Source: a virus. Taken from it: a stretch of 14,415 bases of DNA. The position numbers and the translations under genes were made by a program. Below, piece by piece: positions 6,826 to 13,329 of this stretch (positions are counted from its first letter, which is position 1; each line of letters opens with the position of its first letter). A model generated the notes under the pieces. The model did not search any database. It was not told where the DNA came from and worked only from the letters and a program-made list of their open reading frames with translations. The stretch is from UHGV virus genome UHGV-0068976; one strand, written 5' to 3'.

Positions 6826-6935
6826 GATGGTCTCCTTTAAGTGGCTTTGGCGCATGACGCGTCGAGGTGCTTATCTTCTCGATCGCTGTCTTGCAGCTGC
6901 AATTCGCGCCATCCCCAAAACCACTCAAGTTCTGG

Positions 6936-6975
6936 TCTCAACGGTTAGGTTGAGAGTCCGTCGATGTTAAAGAGC
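6936..6975 (-). promoter_or_regulatory. nutL site (boxA plus boxB hairpin) in the pL leader
   Basis: Minus-strand RNA reads GCUCUUUAACA (boxA consensus-like; plus 6965-6975), an 8-nt spacer, then boxB hairpin UCUCAAC-CUAACC-GUUGAGA (plus 6936-6955). The same loop CUAACC with a different stem occurs in the rightward nut site at 9898-9915. Confidence 0.7.
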
Positions 6976-7023
6976 CTGCCAATCTGTTCCTTGTGGCGTC
7001 TCAGCGTCCTGCTGATGGAAATG

Positions 7024-7091
7024 ATAGTCACATATTGTGATTTAATGGTCAATCACAAAATGTGTAAAATAAAGGTGTGACACGTTATGTG
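7024..7091 (-). promoter_or_regulatory. OL operator cluster with candidate pL promoter
   Basis: Three 11-bp dyad sites of the form CAC(A/G)-N3-TGTG: CACAtatTGTG 7029-7039, CACAaaaTGTG 7054-7064, CACGttaTGTG 7081-7091. The same family recurs at OR. Candidate minus-strand -35 TTGACC (plus 7047-7052) with a weak -10 (GACTAT) about 17 bp downstream. Confidence 0.6.
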
Positions 7092-7302
7092 TATGATTTT
7101 TTTGTGTAAATAGTTTTACCCGCGATGGTTTTGCTTACTTAAGTCGGTGGCAACAGCAGGATGGGTGCTGAAAAGTTCGAAAAACGAGCGAAGGGGGGGT
7201 GGCGAGATGGCGGGATATGGGAGTTGTATTAAGAATTATAGTAATTTAATCAATAGTTTGGACCGGCGGGCAGGTGCTGTCCTGATAGTGATCGGCGGGC
7301 AA

Positions 7303-7327
7303 TAAAAAACCCGGCTCGGTGGCCGGG
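7303..7327 (-). terminator. Intrinsic terminator downstream of the two-gene cassette
   Basis: Minus-strand RNA: CCCGGC-CACCGA-GCCGGG followed by UUUUUUAUU (plus-strand stem 7310-7327, A-run 7303-7309). Lies 8 nt past the stop of the 310-aa gene. Confidence 0.7.
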
Positions 7328-7334
7328 TGAGATA

Positions 7335-8267
7335 TTAAAGAACCGATTTAACAAGATGGTTTTTACGGTACAGACCTATGCGATCATTGTGAATCTCAGT
7401 AGTCTCCACTAAAAGAGAAACAATCTGTCCGACCTTGTGTTTTTTTTGTATTAAATCTAGCATTTCAATCGGATAGGAAGCCTTTAAATGTTCACCACCA
7501 ACATCAAGCTCCAGCTTCCCATATTTGGATAGAACGACCAGTTCGCCTGTAACCGTTTCAGTAATGGGAGGGGATGAAATGGTTGATGTAAGTCTACTCA
7601 CCAAGTACTTAATTTTATTGGAGTCAATAGTTGCCACCTTGGTGCCATTACTAAATGGACCGGTCCAACTTGCATCAAATGTTAAGTTGTGTTTATCGCA
7701 TTCCTCTACGATTCTCTTAAGGCTTACAGTGGAATTGTATCCAATTTCAGCGACGTGATTCATGAAGTTGTTGTCGTCATCGCTTAACAACAAATCGAAT
7801 ATGCCTTTTACAGCCTTGCTGGGTACTGTTTCTACTAATTCTGCTATTCCTGTAGAGAAGGTGACGCCCAATTTTGTAGACCCAGGGGATAAATCAGCCA
7901 GCCTGAGGTTTAAGGAGCTTTTCACGTCGTAGGGAACTTTTTTTGAGTCCTTGCCTGAGGCAATTTTGTGTGTTGCTCTTTGTATTAGCGCTGCAAGATT
8001 TGTTGAAATAGCCCCAAGCAGCTCTAAAGGAATAGAGCCAAAGTCAACCTCAGAGCCTTTCAGCCGCAGCTCAAAAAAATCGATAAGTGGGTGCCGACTA
8101 TCTTGCTTTAATTTTTCGGCCTTCAAATCGCTCAGATGAGAATCCATGGAGCGATAAAGAAGCATGTCAGCAAAGGACCTGGTTTTGTTTTGCTTCATTG
8201 CATCGACTTCTTTTTGAATGAAATCAATGCGTTTATCGCAATTTTTAAACATTGATTTATCATTCAT
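7335..8267 (-). CDS. Hypothetical 310-aa protein, second gene of the accessory cassette in the cI-pL interval
   Basis: Long ORF in AT-rich DNA. ATG at 8265-8267 overlaps the upstream gene's TGA (ATGA coupling) with SD GAGGA 7 nt upstream. No recognisable catalytic motif by eye. Followed by a strong terminator. Confidence 0.8.
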   Translation of the reverse strand: MNDKSMFKNCDKRIDFIQKEVDAMKQNKTRSFADMLLYRSMDSHLSDLKAEKLKQDSRHPLIDFFELRLKGSEVDFGSIPLELLGAISTNLAALIQRATHKIASGKDSKKVPYDVKSSLNLRLADLSPGSTKLGVTFSTGIAELVETVPSKAVKGIFDLLLSDDDNNFMNHVAEIGYNSTVSLKRIVEECDKHNLTFDASWTGPFSNGTKVATIDSNKIKYLVSRLTSTISSPPITETVTGELVVLSKYGKLELDVGGEHLKASYPIEMLDLIQKKHKVGQIVSLLVETTEIHNDRIGLYRKNHLVKSVL

Positions 8268-8743
8268 AAAAAAATCCTCACTAACCCTTTCGGGTTTTCA
8301 CTGCGATCAAAACCAAACCAACCGCGCCAGTAGCTACGCCAGTACTCATAATCATAGTTAGGGTCATCTAAATTCTTCATGAGTAGTAGGACATCAATTT
8401 TGTAGTTTTGTTTGATGTAGTTTCGGTCAAGCAAATTATCGACGCGGCCCCGAAGCATGACAGGTATTGAGTTTATATTGCTATAGTCACATACCAACAA
8501 AATATCAATATCATCAGGCTCTGGTTTAGACGTGGTGTATGAACCATCAACCCATATTTCTGTAAAACAGCCATATTGAGCAGATAATTCTCGAATAGAT
8601 TCGAGTAGCTGTATAAAATTACAGTATAGCATGCCTCGCCTGGATGATGAAGGAAAGCAATCGACACAATACGATTTTAATCCAGCTTCATCCATGTCAT
8701 GGAACCCTGGCTCAAACAGGGGTGGGTAATTAATTTTATCCAT
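8264..8743 (-). CDS. Minimal nucleotidyltransferase-fold protein (Pol-beta superfamily-like), first gene of the accessory cassette
   Basis: 159-aa ORF with AAGG SD. Contains GS-x9-D-x-D (VDGSYTTSKPEPDDIDILLV), the signature arrangement of Pol-beta-type/minimal nucleotidyltransferases, with a further acidic residue on a hydrophobic stretch (KIDVLLLM). AT-rich codon usage. Confidence 0.8.
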   Translation of the reverse strand: MDKINYPPLFEPGFHDMDEAGLKSYCVDCFPSSSRRGMLYCNFIQLLESIRELSAQYGCFTEIWVDGSYTTSKPEPDDIDILLVCDYSNINSIPVMLRGRVDNLLDRNYIKQNYKIDVLLLMKNLDDPNYDYEYWRSYWRGWFGFDRSENPKGLVRIFL

Positions 8744-8891
8744 AAAAAACCTTGCTATACATTTGTTTTTTTATTAAAAATCTAACCACCGAAATGGTGA
8801 CGGCAAGATGTTACATGGGGTTACAATCAGCCAATACACCGCATTAAATAATTTTTTCACCAGCTATGCGCCGACCAGAACACCTTGCCCA

Positions 8892-9539
8892 TCACCCAAA
8901 CGTCTCTTCAGGCCACTGCGCCTTAACTACCTTGCCTATGATGCGGCAGCTATGGTCGCAATCCAGGGTTCTATATGCCGGGTTTAAAGGTACCAGGTAA
9001 CTAACCCCTGCATCCTTCTCATACTTCTTGAACGTTGCCTCTGAATCACCATTTGCAGAAGCCACGCAGAAATCCCCAGACTCTACCGGCTCAGCCGGAT
9101 CAACGAGTATCAGCATGCCTTCCGGAAAACTTGGACGAACCCCCTGAGGCGCCGTCATTGAATGCCCCTTCACCTCAAGCCAGAAAGCTTTTTCGCTGGC
9201 TTTTGTGGTCGTTGGGACCCATGCCTTTGCATCGCTGGCTGTGTAGCTTCCCACCTCCGAAAATGGCCCGGCCTGCACTGAAGAAAATAACGGGTATTCA
9301 TATTGGCGAAATACGGCGTCTGAATCCTCGCCAAACATTATTTTTGCCGGAGATACGCCGAGTGCCGCCCCAAGAACCAGCGCGTCATCCGCGCTAACCT
9401 TTCTTGTTCCTAACTCGTAGTTCCCCAGGCGTGAAGGCGCAGCCCAGCCGCAAAGCTTGGCCAATTGAGCCTGGCTAAGTCCTTTAGCTTCTCTAAGGGA
9501 CTTGATCCTTTCCCCGATAATTTCATGCATCGTTTTCAT
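8892..9539 (-). CDS. cI: CI-like phage repressor (N-terminal HTH, C-terminal LexA/S24-type autopeptidase)
   Basis: 215-aa ORF divergent from a cro-like gene across an operator-bearing intergenic region. N-terminal HTH segment ([24 protein letters not shown]), candidate Ala-Gly cleavage site (VQAGP), and serine/lysine dyad motifs (GHSM; FKKY) typical of S24 self-cleaving repressors. Confidence 0.9.
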   Translation of the reverse strand: MKTMHEIIGERIKSLREAKGLSQAQLAKLCGWAAPSRLGNYELGTRKVSADDALVLGAALGVSPAKIMFGEDSDAVFRQYEYPLFSSVQAGPFSEVGSYTASDAKAWVPTTTKASEKAFWLEVKGHSMTAPQGVRPSFPEGMLILVDPAEPVESGDFCVASANGDSEATFKKYEKDAGVSYLVPLNPAYRTLDCDHSCRIIGKVVKAQWPEETFG

Positions 9540-9552
9540 CCCTTAAATGTAA

Positions 9553-9617
9553 CACGCAACGTGATTGAACTCTGTACACGAATTGAGGTTGACTGTTAAT
9601 CACAAATTGTGTGTAAT
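9553..9617. promoter_or_regulatory. OR operator cluster with candidate pR (and divergent pRM) between cI and cro
   Basis: Three dyad sites spaced 24 bp: CACGcaaCGTG 9553-9563, CACGaatTGAG 9577-9587 (imperfect), CACAaatTGTG 9601-9611. Same family as OL. Candidate pR -35 TTGACT 9589-9594, 17-bp spacer, -10 TGTAAT 9612-9617. The cI start codon has almost no leader, consistent with a lambda-like leaderless pRM transcript. Confidence 0.6.
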
Positions 9618-9647
9618 GGGTGTGTGATTAATACTAGGGAGACCGCA

Positions 9648-9866
9648 ATGAACAAAATTGCCCAGCAGCGAAAAAAAATCGGAGTTTCGCAAGCTGTACT
9701 AGCTTCGGCAATTGGTTGGGGGCAATCCCGCATCGCCAACTATGAGCTGAATATCCGTACTCCTGGCCTTAACGATTGCCGAATGATCGTAGAAGGCCTC
9801 AGGAAGTTAGGGTGCCAATGTTCTTTGGATGATGTTTTCCCTCCATCCAGTAACAAAGCCGCCTAA
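9648..9866 (+). CDS. cro: Cro-like HTH (XRE-family) regulator
   Basis: 72-aa product from ATG at 9648-9650 with SD GGGAGA. HTH segment (IGVSQAVLASAIGWGQSRIANYE). Divergently oriented from cI across the operators. Confidence 0.8.
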   Translation: MNKIAQQRKKIGVSQAVLASAIGWGQSRIANYELNIRTPGLNDCRMIVEGLRKLGCQCSLDDVFPPSSNKAA

Positions 9867-9874
9867 GCAGTACC

Positions 9875-9915
9875 CGCTCTTTAACAGTCATGGCCTTTCA
9901 CCTCTAACCGGGTGA
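9875..9915 (+). promoter_or_regulatory. nutR site (boxA plus boxB hairpin) downstream of cro
   Basis: Plus strand: CGCTCTTTAACA (9875-9886, boxA consensus-like), spacer, then hairpin UCACCU-CUAACC-GGGUGA (9898-9915, one U.G pair). The loop CUAACC is identical to the nutL boxB loop while the stem differs. Confidence 0.65.
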
Positions 9916-9983
9916 GCAAACATCAGCGGCAAATCCATTGGGTGTGCCGCTATAACTCAATATCAATATAGGAAAATTAACAA

Positions 9984-10280
9984 ATGACACAAGCAAGTTA
10001 CAGCAAGCCAACACAGCGAGAAATTGATCGCGCTGAAACTGATTTACTCATCAACCTGTCAACGCTTACCCAGCGCGGTCTGGCAAAGATGATTGGCTGT
10101 CATGAATCGAAGATAAGCAGAACGGACTGGAGATTTATTGCTTCGGTCTTGTGTGCTTTCGGAATGGCATCAGACATCAGTCCGATTAGCAGGGCTTTTA
10201 AGTATGCGCTTGATGAAATCACAAAGAAAAAATCCCCGGCTGCCACCGAGGATTTTAAGCAAATTGATATGCAATTCTGA
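9984..10280 (+). CDS. cII: CII-like transcriptional activator
   Basis: 98-aa ORF immediately after cro/nutR. C-terminal [18 protein letters not shown] closely parallels the lambda CII C-terminus (KKRPAATERSEQIQMEF) as recalled; central HTH-like [14 protein letters not shown]. Confidence 0.85.
   Translation: MTQASYSKPTQREIDRAETDLLINLSTLTQRGLAKMIGCHESKISRTDWRFIASVLCAFGMASDISPISRAFKYALDEITKKKSPAATEDFKQIDMQF
9993..10006 (-). promoter_or_regulatory. Candidate CII-binding direct repeat (TTGC-N6-TTGC) of a pRE-type promoter
   Basis: Minus strand reads TTGCtgtaacTTGC, matching the known CII recognition pattern, and lies just inside the 5' end of cII as in lambda. An AT-rich -10-like region follows leftward. 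Confidence 0.5.
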
Positions 10281-10312
10281 GGGAATTACTGGATCAATCC
10301 ACAGGAGTAATT

Positions 10313-10459
10313 ATGACAAAACAACTCAGTCCTTACCAGGACAAAATTCACAAACACATACTACGTGATCGCTTCCTGTCCAGCTTCAAGCAGCCTGGTC
10401 GATTCCGGTCTGAGTTGGAAAAAGTGAAGCTGATGCAGAAGGAGAAAGGTCATGAGTAA
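10313..10459 (+). CDS. Hypothetical small protein (48 aa)
   Basis: Hand-translated ORF ([48 protein letters not shown]) with SD GGAG 5 nt upstream. Its TAA overlaps the O-like gene start (ATGAGTAA). Confidence 0.45.
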   Translation: MTKQLSPYQDKIHKHILRDRFLSSFKQPGRFRSELEKVKLMQKEKGHE

Positions 10460-11312
10460 TATTGCAACCGTAACACATTTAAGGCCTTCACAACGGCCTG
10501 TGGAGCGTCGTGTGGCAGAAGTTGAAGATGGTTATACCCGTCTTGCAAATGCCCTGTATGAAGAGCTTATCGGCGCAGATTTAACGAAAAATCAGAGCAA
10601 GGTTGCCCACGCCATATGCCGTAAAACATACGGCTACGGTAAAAAGATGGATCGCATCTCTGATAGTCAGTTAGCTCAAATTACCAGGCTGCCAAGACAG
10701 AAGGTAAACAAGGCCAAGAATGAGCTTATCGCGATGAAGGTTATCCTTCGCGAAGGCCAGCAAATCGGGCCTAACAAGAACATCGAGGAATGGCAAATCG
10801 AAGGGTGTCACTACTCTGGTGATAATGTCACTGCATTGGTGACAAAAAGTGTCACCAAAACGGTGACAGCGCTGTCACCAAAACAGGGACACACAAAAGA
10901 AACTATTACAAAAGAAAAAAGAAATAATAAAAACACTATGTCCGAAAGTGTTCGGACGGAGTGTGAAAAATCACCTGACCGTCACGAAGAAACCGACAAG
11001 GCATTCGAGGAAATATTCTGGTGTGCAGGCATGCGGAAAGCCGGGAAGAAAAACGCAGCTTCGGCATTCAGAACACAGTTCAGGGAATGGCGTAAAACTA
11101 CCAGGGGTACGGCAAGCGAGTTTGCCACGATGCTGGCAGAAGACATCGCATGCAGGAATGGTAAGCAGTTCGGATTCGACAGGTTGTTACCATCGAGCTA
11201 CCTGAACGGTCAGCGCTGGAACGACGAGAAGCCAGAAACCATTCAACCACAATCCAAACCATCATCCGCAATCACCGTATCGAAAACTGGCTACGTGTTT
11301 TTCGACAGGTGA
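10452..11312 (+). CDS. O: Replication initiator, lambda O-like
   Basis: 286-aa ORF. N-terminal domain strongly resembles lambda O as recalled ([58 protein letters not shown]). Iteron-like repeats and an AT-rich tract lie inside the coding sequence, as for ori-lambda. Confidence 0.85.
   Translation: MSNIATVTHLRPSQRPVERRVAEVEDGYTRLANALYEELIGADLTKNQSKVAHAICRKTYGYGKKMDRISDSQLAQITRLPRQKVNKAKNELIAMKVILREGQQIGPNKNIEEWQIEGCHYSGDNVTALVTKSVTKTVTALSPKQGHTKETITKEKRNNKNTMSESVRTECEKSPDRHEETDKAFEEIFWCAGMRKAGKKNAASAFRTQFREWRKTTRGTASEFATMLAEDIACRNGKQFGFDRLLPSSYLNGQRWNDEKPETIQPQSKPSSAITVSKTGYVFFDR
10807..10940. repeat. Origin-like iteron array plus AT-rich tract inside the O-like gene
   Basis: Four 19-bp dyad-containing repeats: degenerate GTCACtactctGGTGAT 10807-10825, TGTCACtgcattgGTGACA 10826-10844, TGTCACCaaaacGGTGACA 10850-10868, TGTCACCaaaacAGGGACA 10873-10891. 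Followed by an A/T-rich stretch to about 10940. Confidence 0.7.
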
Positions 11313-11315
11313 ACC

Positions 11316-11423
11316 ATGAAATCAAAAATCAAATCGCTACTGGTCGCTGGTTATAACCACGGCTGGTTAAGTATTTCGTTTGTCGATTTCTGGTTTAAAA
11401 ATCTCAATCTGAGGGAATCATGA
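11316..11423 (+). CDS. Hypothetical small hydrophobic peptide (35 aa)
   Basis: Hand-translated ORF (MKSKIKSLLVAGYNHGWLSISFVDFWFKNLNLRES) between the O stop and the primase-helicase start; its TGA overlaps the downstream ATG (ATGA). Weak SD. May simply be spacer. Confidence 0.25.
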   Translation: MKSKIKSLLVAGYNHGWLSISFVDFWFKNLNLRES

Positions 11424-13300
11424 CGCCAAGTGAACTCAGTGACCTGCTTTGGGCGCAGGTTGACAGGGTGGCTCCGCACCTGTTGCCAAACGGCAAGAAA
11501 GAGGGGCATGAGTGGGTTGCCGGTAACGTCAACGGTGACAAGGGAAACAGCCTTAAGGTCAACCTTAGCGGCAAGAAAAAATGGGCTGATTTCGCTGAGG
11601 GAGACGGCGGTGACATGCTTGATTTGTGGATGGCATGTCGTGGAATTAACCTGCATCAGGCTATGCAGGAAGCGAAAGCCTTTCTCGGAATCAAGGATGA
11701 CGATCACCATTTCGATGCCAAACGTGAGAAGAAATTCTCCAGACCTGACCGCAAGAAAATCGCCCGCTACGTTACCAGAACAGAATCCCATCTTGAGTAC
11801 CTGCAATCGCGTGGCATATCGCCAGAAGTCGTAAAGCGCTACGAGGTTGTCAGCGGCAAGGTGTGGAATGGAGAACGGGAACTGGATGCTCTGGTGATTC
11901 CGTACAAACGCGATGGTGAGTTGTTGCAGGTCAAGCGAATCAGCACTGAGCGCCCGGACGGGAAGAAAGTCATTATGGCAGAAGGTGATTGCGAACCTTG
12001 TCTGTTCGGATGGCAGGCTCTGGACGCTGGCGTGAGGGCGGTTGTACTTTGCGAAGGCGAAATTGATTGTATGAGCTATGCGCAATATGGCATCTCGGCG
12101 TTATCCGTGCCGTTTGGTGGCGGGAAAGGCGCTAAACAGCAGTGGATTGAGTTTGAGTATCACAACCTCGACAGGTTTGAGGAAATATTCATCTCGATGG
12201 ACGTTGATGATGTTGGTCGTGAAGCCGCAAGGGAAATCGCAAGCCGACTCGGTGAACATCGTTGCCGTCTTGTTACTCTGCCGTACAAAGACATCAACGA
12301 ATGCCTGATGAACGGTGTTACCGAGGATGAAATCTGGCAGTACATCGGCACGGCATCCTACTTCGATCCTGAAGAACTCTACAGTGCGCGAGAGTTTTAC
12401 CAGGACACTATCAACGCTTTCTACGGCAAGCAGCAGTATCTGTTTAATCCACTGTGGGAATCTCTGGCAGATAAATTCCAGTTCCGTGAGGCAGAGTTGA
12501 CGCTGGTCAATGGTGTGAACGGTCACGGAAAAACGGAGGTTGTAGGGCATATGGCACTTGAGGCAATGCGTCAGGGTGTGAAGACGTGCATCGCGTCACT
12601 TGAGCTGAAGCCAGGCATTCTCCTTAAGCGACTTACCCGTCAGGCGACGTGCTGCAAGATGCCGCCAGTGCTGGAAATTGACTCTGCATTTAAATTTTAT
12701 GACGAAAGACTTTGGGTGTTTGGCCTGACCGGAACGGCGAAAGCCGACAGGCTGATCGAAATATTCGACTACGCTCGCCGCCGATACGGCATCCAGTTAT
12801 TCATCATCGACAGCCTGATGAAATGTGGCATAGGCGACGATGACTATAACGGGCAGAAGGCGTTTGTTGACTCGATTTGCGATTTCAAAAACAAAACAAA
12901 CTCCCACGTCATTCTCGTTACTCACTCGCGAAAAGGTGACAGCGAAGAAAAACCAACCGGGAAAATGGACGTAAAAGGATCTGGAGCGATAACAGACCTG
13001 ACAGACAACCTTTTCATCATCTGGCGTAACAAGGCTCGCGAGAGAGCGTTACAGAGAGTTCAGAGTGGTGAAAAGATGTCAGAGAAGGACGAACAGCTAC
13101 TGGCATCTCCGGCATCTGTTTTGATGCTTGAAAAGCAACGTAACGGCGAAGGTTGGGAAGGTGGTGTCCCGTTGTTCCTTGACGAGCAATCGCACCAGTT
13201 CCTGCAACTTGAATCAGGATCGCCTTATAGCTACATCGCCAATATGCCGAAATCGGAATATGACGAGGCGTGGCGACAGGAAAACGTGACGGAGTATTAA
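11420..13300 (+). CDS. Bifunctional DNA primase/helicase (TOPRIM domain plus RecA/DnaB-like NTPase)
   Basis: 626-aa ORF with SD GAGGGAA. TOPRIM-like acidic motifs (VVLCEGEIDCMSY; ISMDVDDVGRE), Walker A (GVNGHGKT) and Walker B-like (LFIIDSLMK) motifs. Occupies the slot of lambda P / P22 gene 12 after the initiator. Confidence 0.85.
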   Translation: MTPSELSDLLWAQVDRVAPHLLPNGKKEGHEWVAGNVNGDKGNSLKVNLSGKKKWADFAEGDGGDMLDLWMACRGINLHQAMQEAKAFLGIKDDDHHFDAKREKKFSRPDRKKIARYVTRTESHLEYLQSRGISPEVVKRYEVVSGKVWNGERELDALVIPYKRDGELLQVKRISTERPDGKKVIMAEGDCEPCLFGWQALDAGVRAVVLCEGEIDCMSYAQYGISALSVPFGGGKGAKQQWIEFEYHNLDRFEEIFISMDVDDVGREAAREIASRLGEHRCRLVTLPYKDINECLMNGVTEDEIWQYIGTASYFDPEELYSAREFYQDTINAFYGKQQYLFNPLWESLADKFQFREAELTLVNGVNGHGKTEVVGHMALEAMRQGVKTCIASLELKPGILLKRLTRQATCCKMPPVLEIDSAFKFYDERLWVFGLTGTAKADRLIEIFDYARRRYGIQLFIIDSLMKCGIGDDDYNGQKAFVDSICDFKNKTNSHVILVTHSRKGDSEEKPTGKMDVKGSGAITDLTDNLFIIWRNKARERALQRVQSGEKMSEKDEQLLASPASVLMLEKQRNGEGWEGGVPLFLDEQSHQFLQLESGSPYSYIANMPKSEYDEAWRQENVTEY

Positions 13301-13329
13301 ATGACCATCTACATCACTGAGCTTGTAAC

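Noticed and set aside
6495-6928. ORFs 6495..6689 (+), 6734..6928 (-) and the 100-aa form of the N ORF starting at 6855
   Set aside because: The N-like protein is best explained by the ATG at 6823-6825 with a strong SD. The upstream extension would begin inside the nut/leader region. The others are antisense or off-frame.
7161-7232. 23-codon plus-strand ORF (MGAEKFEKRAKGGWRDGGIWELY) in the OL-terminator spacer
   Set aside because: Very short, no convincing SD, and it lies in a G-rich non-coding spacer; treated as chance.
7525-8667. ORFs 7525..7758 (+), 7951..8139 (+) and 8473..8667 (-) inside the cassette genes
   Set aside because: Antisense or off-frame within the two long, RBS-supported cassette ORFs.
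8770-8810. Short hairpin CACC-gaaat-GGTG with a following U-rich run on the minus strand between cI and the cassette
   Set aside because: Only a 4-bp stem; too weak to call a terminator. It may permit read-through from cI into the cassette, but this is not supportable from sequence alone.
9035-9397. ORF 9035..9397 (+) inside cI
   Set aside because: Antisense to the repressor gene; Pro/Arg-rich translation typical of reverse-frame artefacts.
10138-10368. ORF 10138..10368 (+) overlapping the 3' end of cII
   Set aside because: Out of frame with cII, no SD, and it overlaps the better-supported 48-aa ORF (10313..10459), which has an SD and stop-start coupling.
10948-11205. ORF 10948..11205 (+) inside the O-like gene
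   Set aside because: Off-frame within a well-supported ORF.
11351-12550. ORFs 11351..12085 (-), 11404..11616 (-), 11430..11834 (+), 12078..12308 (+), 12101..12550 (-), 12160..12351 (-), 12315..12500 (+)
   Set aside because: All lie within the 626-aa primase-helicase gene, antisense or off-frame. The 244-aa antisense ORF is long but has no motif content and no start context.
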